Positions 48,509 to 60,524 of a stretch of 64,000 nt of DNA are shown here, piece after piece (the first letter of the stretch is position 1; each line of letters starts with the position of its first letter). Under the pieces are notes generated by a model. It ran no database searches. It saw only the letters and a program-made list of their open reading frames with translations, and was not told where the DNA came from. The DNA comes from Lama guanicoe (lineage: Eukaryota): the NCBI GenBank assembly GCA_013239625.1, contig MU053881.1:4919957-4983956 (forward strand). Reading direction: 5' to 3'. A program made the translations under genes and the position numbers.

Positions 48509-51500
48509 CTTGAAAAAAAAGAAGAAGAAAAGCAATCGTTAGACTACTAGCTTGCAGGAGTTTCACGTTCCCTTCCCAAGTGATCAAACTGACGAGGACT
48601 GCGCACCAGGAAAATGGATCTGAGTCTGTTCAAACGCCAGTAGACAGCAGCGCACCCCAGGGTACACTCGGCAGAACTCTATGTAAGTAATTCACATTTG
48701 TATTTAAAGGGACGTGTATTGATTCTACAGCTTAAGTGTTTAATCCAAAGCCATCTGAAACTGAACACAAAAACCTGCACTGACAATCAGCTTGGCGTCC
48801 AAGTCACTACCCTATGTGGTAGCATCCTCTGCAATGAAACGACACTATACTCCTAAAAATATGATTTTCTAGTGCTGACCGCTCCCTACCTCCAATCCTG
48901 TCTGAAGAACACTTTAACCTGGATCTCTGGTCAGTTGAATCTCAACATTTAAAAAACTGAATTCATGATATTCTCTTCCCATTTTTCTTTCCAAAGGCTT
49001 CTAAATCTGTTCCCGAGGAGCTCTGCCACTTCCACCCACCCAAACCACCCCTCAGAACCCTTTTGCTCACGCCTCCCCTGCACCCTCACAGTCACTGAAT
49101 GCTGTATATTAGTCCTCTGAAGCATCTCTTCCCTATGTGGATTTCTTCCTTTCCATTCCCACCGTTAACACCAAAATTCATCGGGTTCGCCTGGCAAACT
49201 AACCACTAGCAGATTCAAAACTTTCTTCCTTCCCTTTCATTCTATCCAATACGATCTTTCATTCATTTCTACAATCACATCAGATTACTCTTTCTAAAAT
49301 ATTCCTTTCATTACATCACTTAGCAGCTTAACACTTTTCAGTACCCTCCTCCATCATTTCCAGGAGTAATTTCCAAAGAGTGTGTGACTGTGAGGTCAGA
49401 GGGAACTTGTAGCCTCTGAAAGGAAAAGGGAAGCAATTTGGAGGGATCTGGGGAGAGGAGTGACAAAATCTGATCCAAATTCTAATAGGATCTCTCAGCG
49501 GGGTGTAAACAGTCGGGGCAAGAGAAGCGAAGGGAAAAGCAGAAAAACCAGTTAGGGGGAAACGGCACGAATGGAGCTGGCTGCTAGCAGCCACAGCGAG
49601 AACTGGTCTGACTCTGGATATATTCTGAAGGCACATTCTTCAAAGCACGTGCCTTATATAATATTATACCTAATATTACGCTTATAATACATACAGAAAT
49701 AGATAAGGTGGTTTGTGCTAAAAAAAATGCTGACAGCAGCACGACAAAAATGCTTGGTGATCTACAGAATCAAGTCCAGCTCCATCCATCCTTCTCACTG
49801 CTCTATACTTTCAAACAGCAACCCTTCACTCCAGAACGTGATGCCCAGCATGTCCCCACGACAACACGTTTATTACTCCATCCCAAGCTTCTGCTCATCT
49901 TCCTCCCCTCCCCTGTCCCACCTTGAATCCCTTCCTTCCTCAGCCTTTACTTTCCCCAAAAAGACCATCTCAGAGAGCGGAAACAGCTAGGGCCCTTAGT
50001 ACTACCTGCTTAATAGTTTGATATCAAAAGCTTCATCATTAAAGTATCAGCTCCTAACGTGCTTCTTCGTAGTTGCTGCGTGCTGAAGTGTTTAAGCGTC
50101 AGGTTGACTGCAATTTACTTCCAAATGGTTCAGCAAAGATACGTACATACACATGGATCCACAGATAGAGCAAACATGAATAAGCGAACATTATTGAACC
50201 TAGGCGGTGGAATATGACACTTGGACTACTCTTTCTACTTTGCTGTATGTTTGAAAAGGTTCTGTGATTCTGGAAACAACTGCAGATTGAACTCCTGGCA
50301 CACGAATCCCTGCACACTGGCCCCATCCCCTCCGCCTCATCTGCTCCTCAGGGGAGTCGCTGTGAAAAAAAATCTGAAGCTTTTGAAGAATCTGTAGATT
50401 CTTAAAGAATAAAGTGGGAAATCATGAAACATAGAAATGGTCAGGAAAGCTGATTCCAGACATAGACTTGGTTCTATCCAGCTGTTTTTCAGTTGGAGAA
50501 AAGAGAGTAAGGGGCTTGCTCTAGGTTATACATAGATTCAGAAGGGTTTCAACCTTTTTCCCCTTCCTCCCCCGCAGCTTCACCAGGTCCTGAAAACCTC
50601 ACAGAAGAGGATTTAACAGCGAAGTCTCCCTTCTTCCCTTCTCACCCAGTACCCTGACTTATCTCCTTAACGAAGATGTTTTCAATGCTTCAAATCAGAA
50701 ATGCTCTCCTGCATTAAAAATTGACCATAGTCCCTGAAGCAATTCAGCTCCTTCATGTATTAAAAAAAATTCTTTTTGTAGTCTTTTCAGGAGATAAAGG
50801 GAACTAATACTAATTCAGCACTAATATTTTTATTTTACAATGTGGAAATGGGAACCTGGAAAAGTTAACTAAATTATCCAAGGTCACAGGGATCATCCAG
50901 CTGGGAGCAGTGTATTTCAAAGTGTAATACAGTAACTCCTAGGAGACACCTTGTGTTTTAAGACCTGCTCAGTTCTGCCAAGGGCAGGAAATGCAAGGAC
51001 CGTGGTAGAAGCTATGAATCAGAACCAGATAACGTAGCTAGCAGGTCAAACCTGAATCATGACACCGAGTAGCCCATGTACCACAGGAGGCTTTCACTAC
51101 CCTGAAAAACAGCAGAGGCATCGAGACCCAAGGCTGGGCACGGTGAGCCCCAAATGGGGTCTTGAAGAAAGGAGTGGTCAATGTTACCAGCACATTAATA
51201 AAGTATGAAGTATGAGTATGAAGGCTGGAAAGGCAGACAGAGGTTAATGAAACAGTTGAAGACAGAAACACAACAAAGGGGCACCTTGTTGTTCTCTAAC
51301 TCCAGTAGGGGAAACAAACCCAATAGTTATATTTGGTTACTACAAACTGTTTTAGTAACCCCAGAATTCTGACACTCTAAATCATCTATTACTGACTGGA
51401 AAGACACCCTATATAACTGATGTTACAGTGGGGTGGAGGGGAACAAGAGACCTAATGTAACCAAACGATAGAAATTCACCTACCATTTTTCCATTGTAAA

Positions 51501-52485
51501 CAAATTATGATTTACTTGTAAGCTAATACAAGTTTATTCCAGAGACCAAAAGGGGTTCAAATATTAAAATGCTAAGGAAGTAACAGTATTTTCTTTCTTC
51601 TAACAGAGGCAATAGAATTATCCACTCAGTACAGTGGATATTCACTGAATGCTCACTATGCATGCAAAGCACTGTGAAGCCACCAGTTAGTGTCAAAGAA
51701 TAAAACAAGAGCTGGTGTTCCCAAAAAACTGTGGCTTCAGTCTGTTTCACCCCCACATGATCTTGCACTGAGGAAAAATGACTAAAAGGCAAAAGAGGAA
51801 CCAGAAAGAGGGTGTTCTAAAGCTCCTTTGAAGCTATGCCTCTGTCGCACATTACAATAAAAAAAGTTTACTTACAACAGAGATAAAGCTCTATTTCACG
51901 AAGAAGTCTGGGGGAAAAGTATTTCTTAACCAATCGCTCTAAGTGCTTGTTCCACTCAGGAACGAGGGCAGGAGCGCCCTCCCAAAGGTATGACGCAGGG
52001 GTTTCTAAACAATACCTCTTGTTCTTTGGTAATTAGTCTCGCTCTAGATCAGGCCCCAGCTACCTCCTGGCACTCACTAGATGCACGGCCTGAGCTCAAC
52101 GTTATTGCACAAACTTGTCCTGTGCAACTAGGACAGCCTATGAGGCAAAGAGGGCAATTTCTATTTTATTGGTTTGATCCGTTCCTTTAAAGTTTAGGCA
52201 AATGAGGCCTGTGGACTTAGCACGGCTAAAGGGGAGACAGTCGTTTAGCGACGAATCCCAGCTCTTCCTTGACTCGGTATAAATCCATTTCCGACTGCAC
52301 CGTCCCCACGCAGGGACGTGATGAGGAAAAAATTCCCCTAAAACTCCTTCCCAAGGAGGGTCCGCCGGAGGTTACCCTCCTCGCGCTCGTGCCGGGGGCC
52401 CCCGAGGCTGCTGCGATCAGGAAGTCGGGGGGCTGCACGGGGTCAGGGCCTGACTCGGACCTGTGCGGGGCCGCCCCCTTCCCCG

Positions 52486-52520
52486 CCCGGCCCGGCCCGG
52501 CCCGGCCCGGCCCGGCCCGG
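52486..52520. repeat. (CCCGG)7 pentanucleotide repeat in ATP6V0E1 intron 1
   Basis: Seven perfect CCCGG units, 57 nt downstream of the exon 1 donor. Confidence 0.95.
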
Positions 52521-52576
52521 CGCGACCCGGTCGGTCCTCACCGCGCGTCCCTCCCAGGGCAAGCCTGGCGCACTTA

Positions 52577-52912
<336 letters not shown>

Positions 52913-53054
52913 CTAGGGACAAGTCGCCAGGGGCTCAGTAAAGTTTTCTGATAAGAACGTGGCCCTTTTCAGCAAAGAGCGTAGTTATTTACAGTTTTGT
53001 CTTCTTATGCAGCAAGAGAGAACGTAGAGAGAACTTAATAATGGTAAGTTTCTG

Positions 53055-53290
53055 TTCGGAATTCCTGTGTGCCAGGCACTGGGCTGTGAACTTTAAGCAC
53101 TTTAATTCGTTCTGGACACCTCACTACAGCCGATGAAGTACTTTAAATTATTGCCCCCACTTTGTAATTGAAGAAACTGAGGCTCCAGGAGGAGGTTAAG
53201 GATCTTGCTCGGAGTCACATAGCCAGTAAGTGGCAGAGCCAGGATGATGTGATTTTCAAGGCCAGTGCTCTTAGCTACCGACCTACTGTA
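53055..53290 (-). mobile_element. MIR SINE just upstream of the ATP6V0E1 promoter
   Basis: TGTGTGCCAGGCACTGGGC...GAAGAAACTGAGGCTCCAG..GGTTAAG..CTTGCTCGGAGTCACATAGCCAGTAAGTGGCAGAGCCAGGA. Confidence 0.75.
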
Positions 53291-54202
53291 TGACTTGTGC
53301 ACTGTGCCAGGATTTGAGGTTACAGAAATCTACAGGTCCCCCGTGGGGAGCTCACAGGCTGGTGAGGAGATGGACTTGTGAGCAAGCCACTCAATGCAGT
53401 GAAGGTAGAGGGACCAGAGTGCAGGACTTTCCACCCTAGTCAGTCCTGAGCTGAGCTTTGGAAGAGGAGTGGGAATTGCCAGAAGAATTGTAAGAAGAAG
53501 GTAAACATGGAGCTTCTAATGCTTCCCGAGGATTTTCACGATGTTAACTGTAGTATGCAACAACCCTGGAACAGAGGAGGAGCCCAACTCTTAGAGAGAG
53601 GGAGGAAGTTTAGCTCCCAGGCAGAAGCAAGATGGAAAGCAGATCTGTAAACCAATGTGCTTTACCGTGGAGCACGGTTTCCCTGCAATGGTCACATATC
53701 CTGACCTCGAGTTACCTCTTGATTTCTTTCTCCATTCAACTAGAATGGATTCCTGGATTGAATAGGAAGCTGGACCAATGATCTTTAACATTTGTACCAA
53801 CTCTCTAAACATGATGCTAAGTCTTTACCCGAAGGACAAGGTAGGAAACTCCTTGTTCTCCTTTGTGCTCATCCTGCACCCCCAACGTAGCCTCGGCAGA
53901 AATTCTGTTGTCTTAAGTTTCAGTCCAAGCACCGCCTTCTCCAAGACCTGTTTCATTCTGTTGATGCATGTCTTGTGGCCTTGTGTGTGTAACTCAACTA
54001 ACCCTATGCTAGAGGGTAAACTCCTTGAGAATAAGCACTGTTCACTGATCTTTGCTCCTTAGGAGTGCTTTACACATGGAATGTGCTCAAGAAACAGTGG
54101 TACAACAGAATTGAGTAGAAAAGGTGAGATCAGCCAGAACTAAATTAGAGGGAAAAGTGTCTTCCTACTTCCTTCCCATTTCTCTTTTTTGAAACTTACT
54201 TC

Positions 54203-54327
54203 CTTTTTTGGTGGGAGGGGTAATTAGGTTTTTAAAAAAAAACTTTTTTTTAATGGAGGCCCTGGGGATTGAACCCAGGACCTTGTGCATGCTAAGCATG
54301 CGCTCTACCACTGTGCTATGCCCTCCC
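54203..54327 (-). mobile_element. camelid-type tRNA-derived SINE
   Basis: Plus strand GGTAATTAGGTTT...GGGGATTGAACCCAGGACCTTGTGCATGCTAAGCATGCGCTCTACCACTGTGCTATGCCCTCCC. Confidence 0.88.
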
Positions 54328-54401
54328 TACTCCCAAGCTTACTCTAATTGTGGTAAAATTAGAACATAAAAATAACCTAAAATTTACCTTCTTAACCATT
54401 T

Positions 54402-54804
54402 CTTCTTTATTTGTTTTTTAATTTTTTATTGAAGTATAGTTGATTTACAATGTTGTGCTAGTTTCTGGTGCACAACGTAGTGATTCAGTTATACATATAT
54501 GTATATATTCTTTTTCATTATAAGTTATTAAAAGTTACTGAATATAATTCCCTGTACAGTAGGACCTTGTTCTTTATCTATTCTGCATATAGTAGTTTGC
54601 ATCTACTAATCCCAAACTCTCAATTTATCCCTACCCCCGATAAATTTGTTTTCTATGTCTGTGAGTCTGTTTCTGTTTTGTAAATAAGTTCATTTGTGTC
54701 ATTTTTTTTTAGATTCCACGTATAAGTGATATCATATATTTGTCTTTGACTGACTTCACTTAGTATGATAATCTCTAGGTCCATCCATGTTGCTGCAAAT
54801 GGCT
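54402..54804 (-). mobile_element. LINE-1 3' end inserted into an older L1 (54345-55195)
   Basis: Starts with T-rich tail and TTTTATTGAAGTATAGTTGATTTACAATGTT. TSD cttcttaaccattt (54388-54401) / cttcctaaccattt (54805-54818). The older L1MA/MB 3' sequence continues on both sides. Confidence 0.8.
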
Positions 54805-55699
54805 CTTCCTAACCATTTTTAAGTATACAGTCCAGTAGTGTTAAGTATGTTCACGTTGTTGTGCACCCAATCTTCAGAATTTTTTCATACCCACTAAACA
54901 ACTCCCCATTCTCTCCTCCAGCCTCTGGCAACCACCATTCTACTTTCTGTTTTCTATAAGTTGGATTACTCAAGATACCTGTTATTAGTGGAATGACAGA
55001 ACATTTGTCTTTTTGTGACTGGCTTAATTCACTTAGCACAATGTCCTCAAGATTCATCCATGTTGTAGCATGTATCAGAATTTCCATCCTTTTTGAGGCT
55101 GACTAATATTCCATTGTATGTCTGTACCACATTTTGTTTCTCCATTCATCTGCTGTTGGATAGTTGGGTTGCTTCCACTTTTTTGGCTTTTGTAAAATTT
55201 TTCCTCCTTTCTTAAATAAATGCAGGTATTTTCTTTGAAGTTGATCCTCGTAAGTCTAACCTTTGCCTTGCCTTCTTGGCGGCCTCTCTGAGAAGCAGAT
55301 GTCAGGGAGCACAGGGACGTGGCTGTTCAGACACCAGTTCTGTCTAAATCTGTTTCATCCTCTGTGAAATGAGAAAAATCTTTAATCTCAGCGTTATATT
55401 TGTGGGCTAGTATTGGCCAATAGCTCCCTCTATCAGTCAGTCTGTCAAAAACATTTTATCACACGTTTCAAATGAAAACTGTGAACAAACACTAGGATTC
55501 AGTGACCCTCTGAATGAAGAAATATTCTCTGCCTTCAAGGCATTTAAAGTTGACTTCAGGCAATAAATCAGACTTTGGGCAGCGTGGTCCAAGGACCCTT
55601 GGGGAGTCCCTGAGACTCTCCGAGCAGCCATCCCAGGTCATCTCTTTTCTAACTACCAGTCTCTGTGGGGCTGAATTTTTTCCCTGTGCCTCACTCAAA

Positions 55700-56015
55700 A
55701 CAACAGATTGCAACAGATGGACCACAGAAGCGTTATAAGAATCTCTTTATCTTCTGTTAAGCCAGACATTAAGGAATTTTCCAAAAATGTAACACAATGT
55801 CACTCTTTTGGCTGCATTTCTTTTTGTTTTGTTGCGGCAAAGATAGTTATTTTGCATAAAAATGTTATTTGTGTTAACATGTTTTGGATTCATTATTATT
55901 AGCTTAAAATGAATTTAAAATAAATGTTTAATTTTTGTTTTAATGTGTAATATAGTACATCATATCAATCGATAGAACCCACATTAACAAGCTCTTCAGG
56001 TCCGCAATAGTTTTT
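55700..56015 (+). mobile_element. hAT-Charlie family DNA transposon fragment
   Basis: TCTTCTGTTAAGCCAGACATTAAGGAATTTTCCAAAAATGTAACACAATGTCACTCTT, a Charlie-type transposase 3' motif. Confidence 0.55.
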
Positions 56016-56426
56016 AAATTGCAGGAAAAGCCTTGGAGGCAACCTCAATAGGATAAGATAAACGGGAGCGAAGTAAAACACGACTGTGCAAGCCCCAAGG
56101 AACCCCTAAATAGGCACGCAGAGCCACAGAGTCATAAAGCTTCTTTCCAAGTTGATCTGGAAGTTTGGAAGTTAGCGGAGAAGCTGAAACACCAGCATAT
56201 TTCACTGCTCCTTTGCTCAGCACGTATGTAGGGAACGTGCATTGTGGGCAGCCCCCACCGATGACGGCAGCTGCCAGTTCCTGGTGATGGCCACGTGCCA
56301 GTCATTCAACAAGGCGCTTTGAATTTTCCTGTCTCATTCCATGCTGACAAAACCTAATACAGATGTTATTAAATCCATTTTACATATTACAAAGAGGGGC
56401 TCAGATTTGTAACTTGCCCAAAGTCT

Positions 56427-56530
56427 GTTTCTTGTTGTTAATGGAGGTACCGGGGACTGAACCCAGGACCGCGTGCGTGCTAAGCACGTGCTCTGCCACT
56501 GGGCAATACTCACCACCACCGGACCCCCCA
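56427..56530 (-). mobile_element. camelid-type tRNA-derived SINE inserted in a MIR
   Basis: Plus strand GGAGGTACCGGGGACTGAACCCAGGACCGCGTGCGTGCTAAGCACGTGCTCTGCCACTGGGC, with MIR-like sequence on both sides. Confidence 0.8.
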
Positions 56531-56911
56531 AGTCTCGCTGTTTTAAGAGACAAAACTGGGATTTGAAGCTAGGTCTTCATTGCTCCTGTTCTTCCCACTA
56601 AGCCATGCTCCCTCTCCTATTTCAAATAGTAAGTCAACCCCAAAACCTTAAATTATATACTTGACAAGGTAGAGACCTCTGATGCACAAGTTGAGACCTT
56701 CGAAATCCTGTTCCAGAATTCGCTGCCCTCCTACTAGGGAGAGGCTAGCGTGTGGTTCATTTAGTTATTTCTGATGGACAAAGTATACTTTATTTATTAT
56801 TGGTGTGTGTTTATATTGTAATTATGGTGTTCAGGCCATAAATCAGCCGTACACGACTTTAAATTTGGACAACCTGCTGTTCTCACGAAGACTTCTTCAT
56901 GGATTGTTTAA

Positions 56912-57275
56912 ATTTTTTTTAATTTTTAATTTTTTATTGAAGTATAGTTGATTTACAATGTTGTGTTAGTTTCCGATGTACAGCAAAGTGATACAGTCAT
57001 ACATACATGTATTCTTTTTAATATTCTTTTCCATTATGGTTTATTCAGGATATTAAATACAGTTCCCTGTGCCATACAGTAGGACCTTGTTGTTTATTTT
57101 ATATATAGTAGTTTGTGTCTGTTAATCCTAACTCCTGATTTGTCCCTACCCCACCCTTTCCCCTTTGGTAACCGTAAGTCTGTTTTCTGGGTCCGTGAGT
57201 CTGTTTCTATTTTGTAAATAAGTTCATGTGTATCATATTTTAGATTCCACATCTAAGTGATACCACATGCTATTT
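56912..57275 (-). mobile_element. LINE-1 3' end fused to the U6 copy
   Basis: Minus strand starts AAATAGCATGTGGTATCACTTAGATGTGGAATCTAAAA and ends ACATTGTAAATCAACTATACTTCAATAAAAAA, a typical laurasiatherian L1 3' UTR with an A-tail. Confidence 0.88.
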
Positions 57276-57369
57276 AAAAATACGGAACGCTTTGCTCATT
57301 TGTGTGTCATCCATGATAATCTTCTCTGTATTGTTCCCATTTCAGCATATGTGCTGCAGAAACAAGCAC
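57276..57369 (-). pseudogene. RNU6: U6 snRNA retrocopy (5' part of a U6-L1 chimera)
   Basis: Minus strand GTGCTTGTTTCTGCAGCACATATGCTGAAATGGGAACAATACAGAGAAGATTATCATGG/ATGACACACAAATGAGCAAAGCGTTCCGTATTTTT aligns to U6 from its 5' end to the U-tail, with a 13-nt internal deletion. Confidence 0.92.
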
Positions 57370-59589
57370 TCAAACTTTTAAATAAAAACCCAGTCGTATA
57401 TGCATAGAATATTTCTGGAAGGCTACAAAAGACTGGGGACAGCGACTGCTTCTGGGGAGAACTGAGTGACTGAGGGTCAATGTGACAAGGAAACGTACTT
57501 TTCACTGTATACCTTTTGTACCACCTTCTGGTGTACTACACAGAAGTATAACTTCTTAAAAAAAAACAAAACCAAAAACCTAATTTAAAAGAATAATGAA
57601 GTCAGACCCAAGCCACCCCCAGATTGCTCATAGTCTTAGCATCAGCAGAGTTCAAAGAACTCTTGGTTAGTACAGTTCTGCCTGGTTCCCAGAAGGTTCA
57701 AGACTTACTTGCCTACCCAGCTCACATTGAAAGCTCTGTCGCTGGACAGACATCTCAACCCCAGTGCGCTCTGAAAGCCGACATTCAGAAGCAGTTATCT
57801 GAAGTTTAAAAGCTTGGAGTCTTCCCAAAATAGCACAAGGGGACTCACTCAAGTAAGTGGACATCTGCAAATTTGATGAAAAGGTCAGTAGGAAACTGCT
57901 TAATTCAGACCCATTCCAGGAAACAGGCTAGAACCCCCACGCCTGAACCTTGATAAGCAGCCCACCCAGCTGGCATTCTCCAGTCCCCCGTCTCCCACAG
58001 CAGCCCAAACACAATACTGCTGCCTTTAACCCTCCTTCTTCGTTCAGGCATTTGTCCGAACTCCCTGGAGAAAACCTCTTCCCTGTGCCTAGGGCGACCC
58101 CCTGCCAATCTCTGAAAGACAAGCTTCTGCTGAGCTCCCCATGCTTTATGTGCGGAATCTCAAGGACTAAGTCTGGCACCTCTAATGAGGCAGGCACTCC
58201 TCTCATCTCCATTTCATAAAGGATAAAACTGAGGCCCAGAGAGGTTACGCCGTTTGCCCTGGGTCACACAGCTAGGGGCTGGCTGACTGAGCTGGGATTA
58301 GAGCTTTCAGTTGATGCTAAGTTCCTGCTTTTGATCAGGCCCCGCTGTTCACATGGCTGATGAGAAGCAGTCTGGCGTGATCTGGGAGGATTACAGCTCT
58401 CAACTATCACTTGCACTGAGCAAGTTGCTGAAAAGAAACCAAATCTGACTCCTAGGAGAAATCTCGTAATTTAAGTTTAATGATGACAGTGACAGCGGGA
58501 GCCTCGGGCCCAGACCAGGCATCCAAAGAGCTCATCCTACTGTAAACTTAATCTAGTGTGAAATCTGACTTTTATACAAATTTGGAGTCCTAAAACATGT
58601 GCTGGATGAGAATGAAGACAGAATTCAAATTAGAAAAACAAACTAAGCCCTTACTGGTCGACCTAGTTATTACGCTCGCTAGACAGAACAGCTCAATATG
58701 CTAACACAGCTACTGTGTGTGGGCACCCGCTCTGTTTTATGTGCTGTGGGTACGTATACATACACCCTAATCGACAATTTCCCACATTTCCCTGGTCATA
58801 AGTATCATACAAGGGCCGTATGGAAAATACACAGGCACACGAGACCTTAAGAGGTCTCTCTTCAGACCTGCTGCATCACAGAATCTCCAGGCAAAGAGGC
58901 GGAGACTCTTAGCAAGCACCCAAGGGACTCCTAAAATCTCAGGAGTCTGGTGGACTGCTGTTTTAATCTTCACAGCCTTGCAGATAAGCGTTCCCGGCTT
59001 CTTACATAGAACAGGGAAACAGAGGCTCCAAAGACCAGAGCCTACTCTTAAGTCAATGTCACAAAGTCAGAATGTGCACGTTGAGTTCTGTGGCTTGTGA
59101 GCTTACCAATCTTTTGTGGAAAAAATCGTTGCTTTTTTGAGTGCAAAGTGAATGTCAGAATTGGAAACAAGTTAACTGGACAGTAACAGCAATGTTAGAA
59201 TGCATCCACTCACACTTTCAAAGTGTGCTCAGAAATAGCCCATTTGATCCCGGCATTTCATTTCTGTGTTTCCCATGAGACAGGAAGGCAGTACAAGTAT
59301 CACCCTCTTTTTTCTGTAGATGAAACACACGAAAGACTGGCAGTGGGGAACTGAAAGTATGATGGATTTTATCTATAAAACAATAAATACCATTCAGGAC
59401 TAGAAAACATTTCCAGGTCTTCTTCATAAAACTATTAATTGAAACAGCAAAAGCAGATTTACAGAGCCACACATCAGTAACAAAACAGGAAGGAAACGAA
59501 CTGTTCCAGAGACATCTTGAAAAGTTTCAAAGGAATACACACCCGGCAAATAACCTACAGATAAACCGTGGCTGCACCACAGGTTAACT

Positions 59590-59715
59590 TCATTCCTGCA
59601 TTTTCTCAGCCAGTTCTTTACATTTGCCTTTCTCTTTTCCAACTTGTCGAGATTTGGCTTTGTGTTCAAGGATTTTTTTCCGATCTTTGTCCAGTTTCAG
59701 CCTGGTGATAACCAC
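59590..59715 (-). pseudogene. RPL26L1: RPL26L1 last coding exon (one codon short)
   Basis: After the CTAACAG acceptor it reads [41 protein letters not shown]. It is separated from the previous exon by a ~670-nt intron, so it is not a processed copy, and it sits in the syntenic position upstream of ATP6V0E1. Confidence 0.88.
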
Positions 59716-60383
59716 CTGTTAGCATGAAAAAACAAACATCTTAATTTTTTTTTTAAGTGGAAAGGACTTATAACTATAATTATCTTATACAGCAGATCTC
59801 CCCTTGACAATAGCAGCTACCCAACCTCCTACCTTCTAACTCCCGAGGATCTAGGACACCATTTAGACAGTTCAGTGATGAATTATCATTTAGGTTGTGA
59901 AAAATTATACTACCAACGTGGATGATTTGTTTATCACCCCTTGGCTGGCAAAATGCATTGTTTCAAAAATACCTGCATTCTAACTGGCTACTGGCAATAC
60001 AGAGATCATAAAGATGAGTAAGGCCCAACCATTCTGCCCTTAAGGATCTGAAACTCTGCAGAAGAGAGATGCTGCAATACCATGTGTAAAATGGGAGTGC
60101 AGAGGAGGAACAGTGTATTCCACTGGTGGGAGAGGGCCCCAGGAAGAGGTAGGTGTTCTCTCTTCTCCCCTGGACATCACCTGGTAAAGAAGTGATGCCT
60201 GGAATGCCTGGAACACTCCTGCAACCAGCTTGGAGATGGGGACTTCACCGAGGATGACAAAACAGACAGGTCTGCCTGACCTCCTTCTGGAAGCCCTTAC
60301 GATGGCCACCTGTGCAGACGGTACCGACACCCAACAACTCCAGCAGGAATGTTACGCTCCCTGGCTGGTACCACTGCTCGGTC

Positions 60384-60524
60384 CCGGCTTGGGTGAATGC
60401 CCACGTGGACAGTCGTGCCATTAGCCTTCTCACGCTGCACCCACTCGATGTAGATGACACGTTTCTTTCTGTACACCTGGAATCCCTTGCCGATCTGCTG
60501 ACCTTGGTAGTGTCCTCAAACCCC
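60384..60524 (-). pseudogene. RPL26L1: RPL26L1 penultimate coding exon, disrupted (in-frame TGA, lost splice donor)
   Basis: After the acceptor TTTTCCCTTAG it reads [46 protein letters not shown], homologous to uL24 [50 protein letters not shown] at 60518-60516. GA instead of GT at 60383-60382. Confidence 0.88.

Noticed and set aside
57276..57369. Functional U6 snRNA gene
   Set aside because: Many substitutions, an altered AGC triad, a 13-nt stem-loop deletion, fusion to L1, and no recognisable PSE/TATA Pol III promoter upstream.
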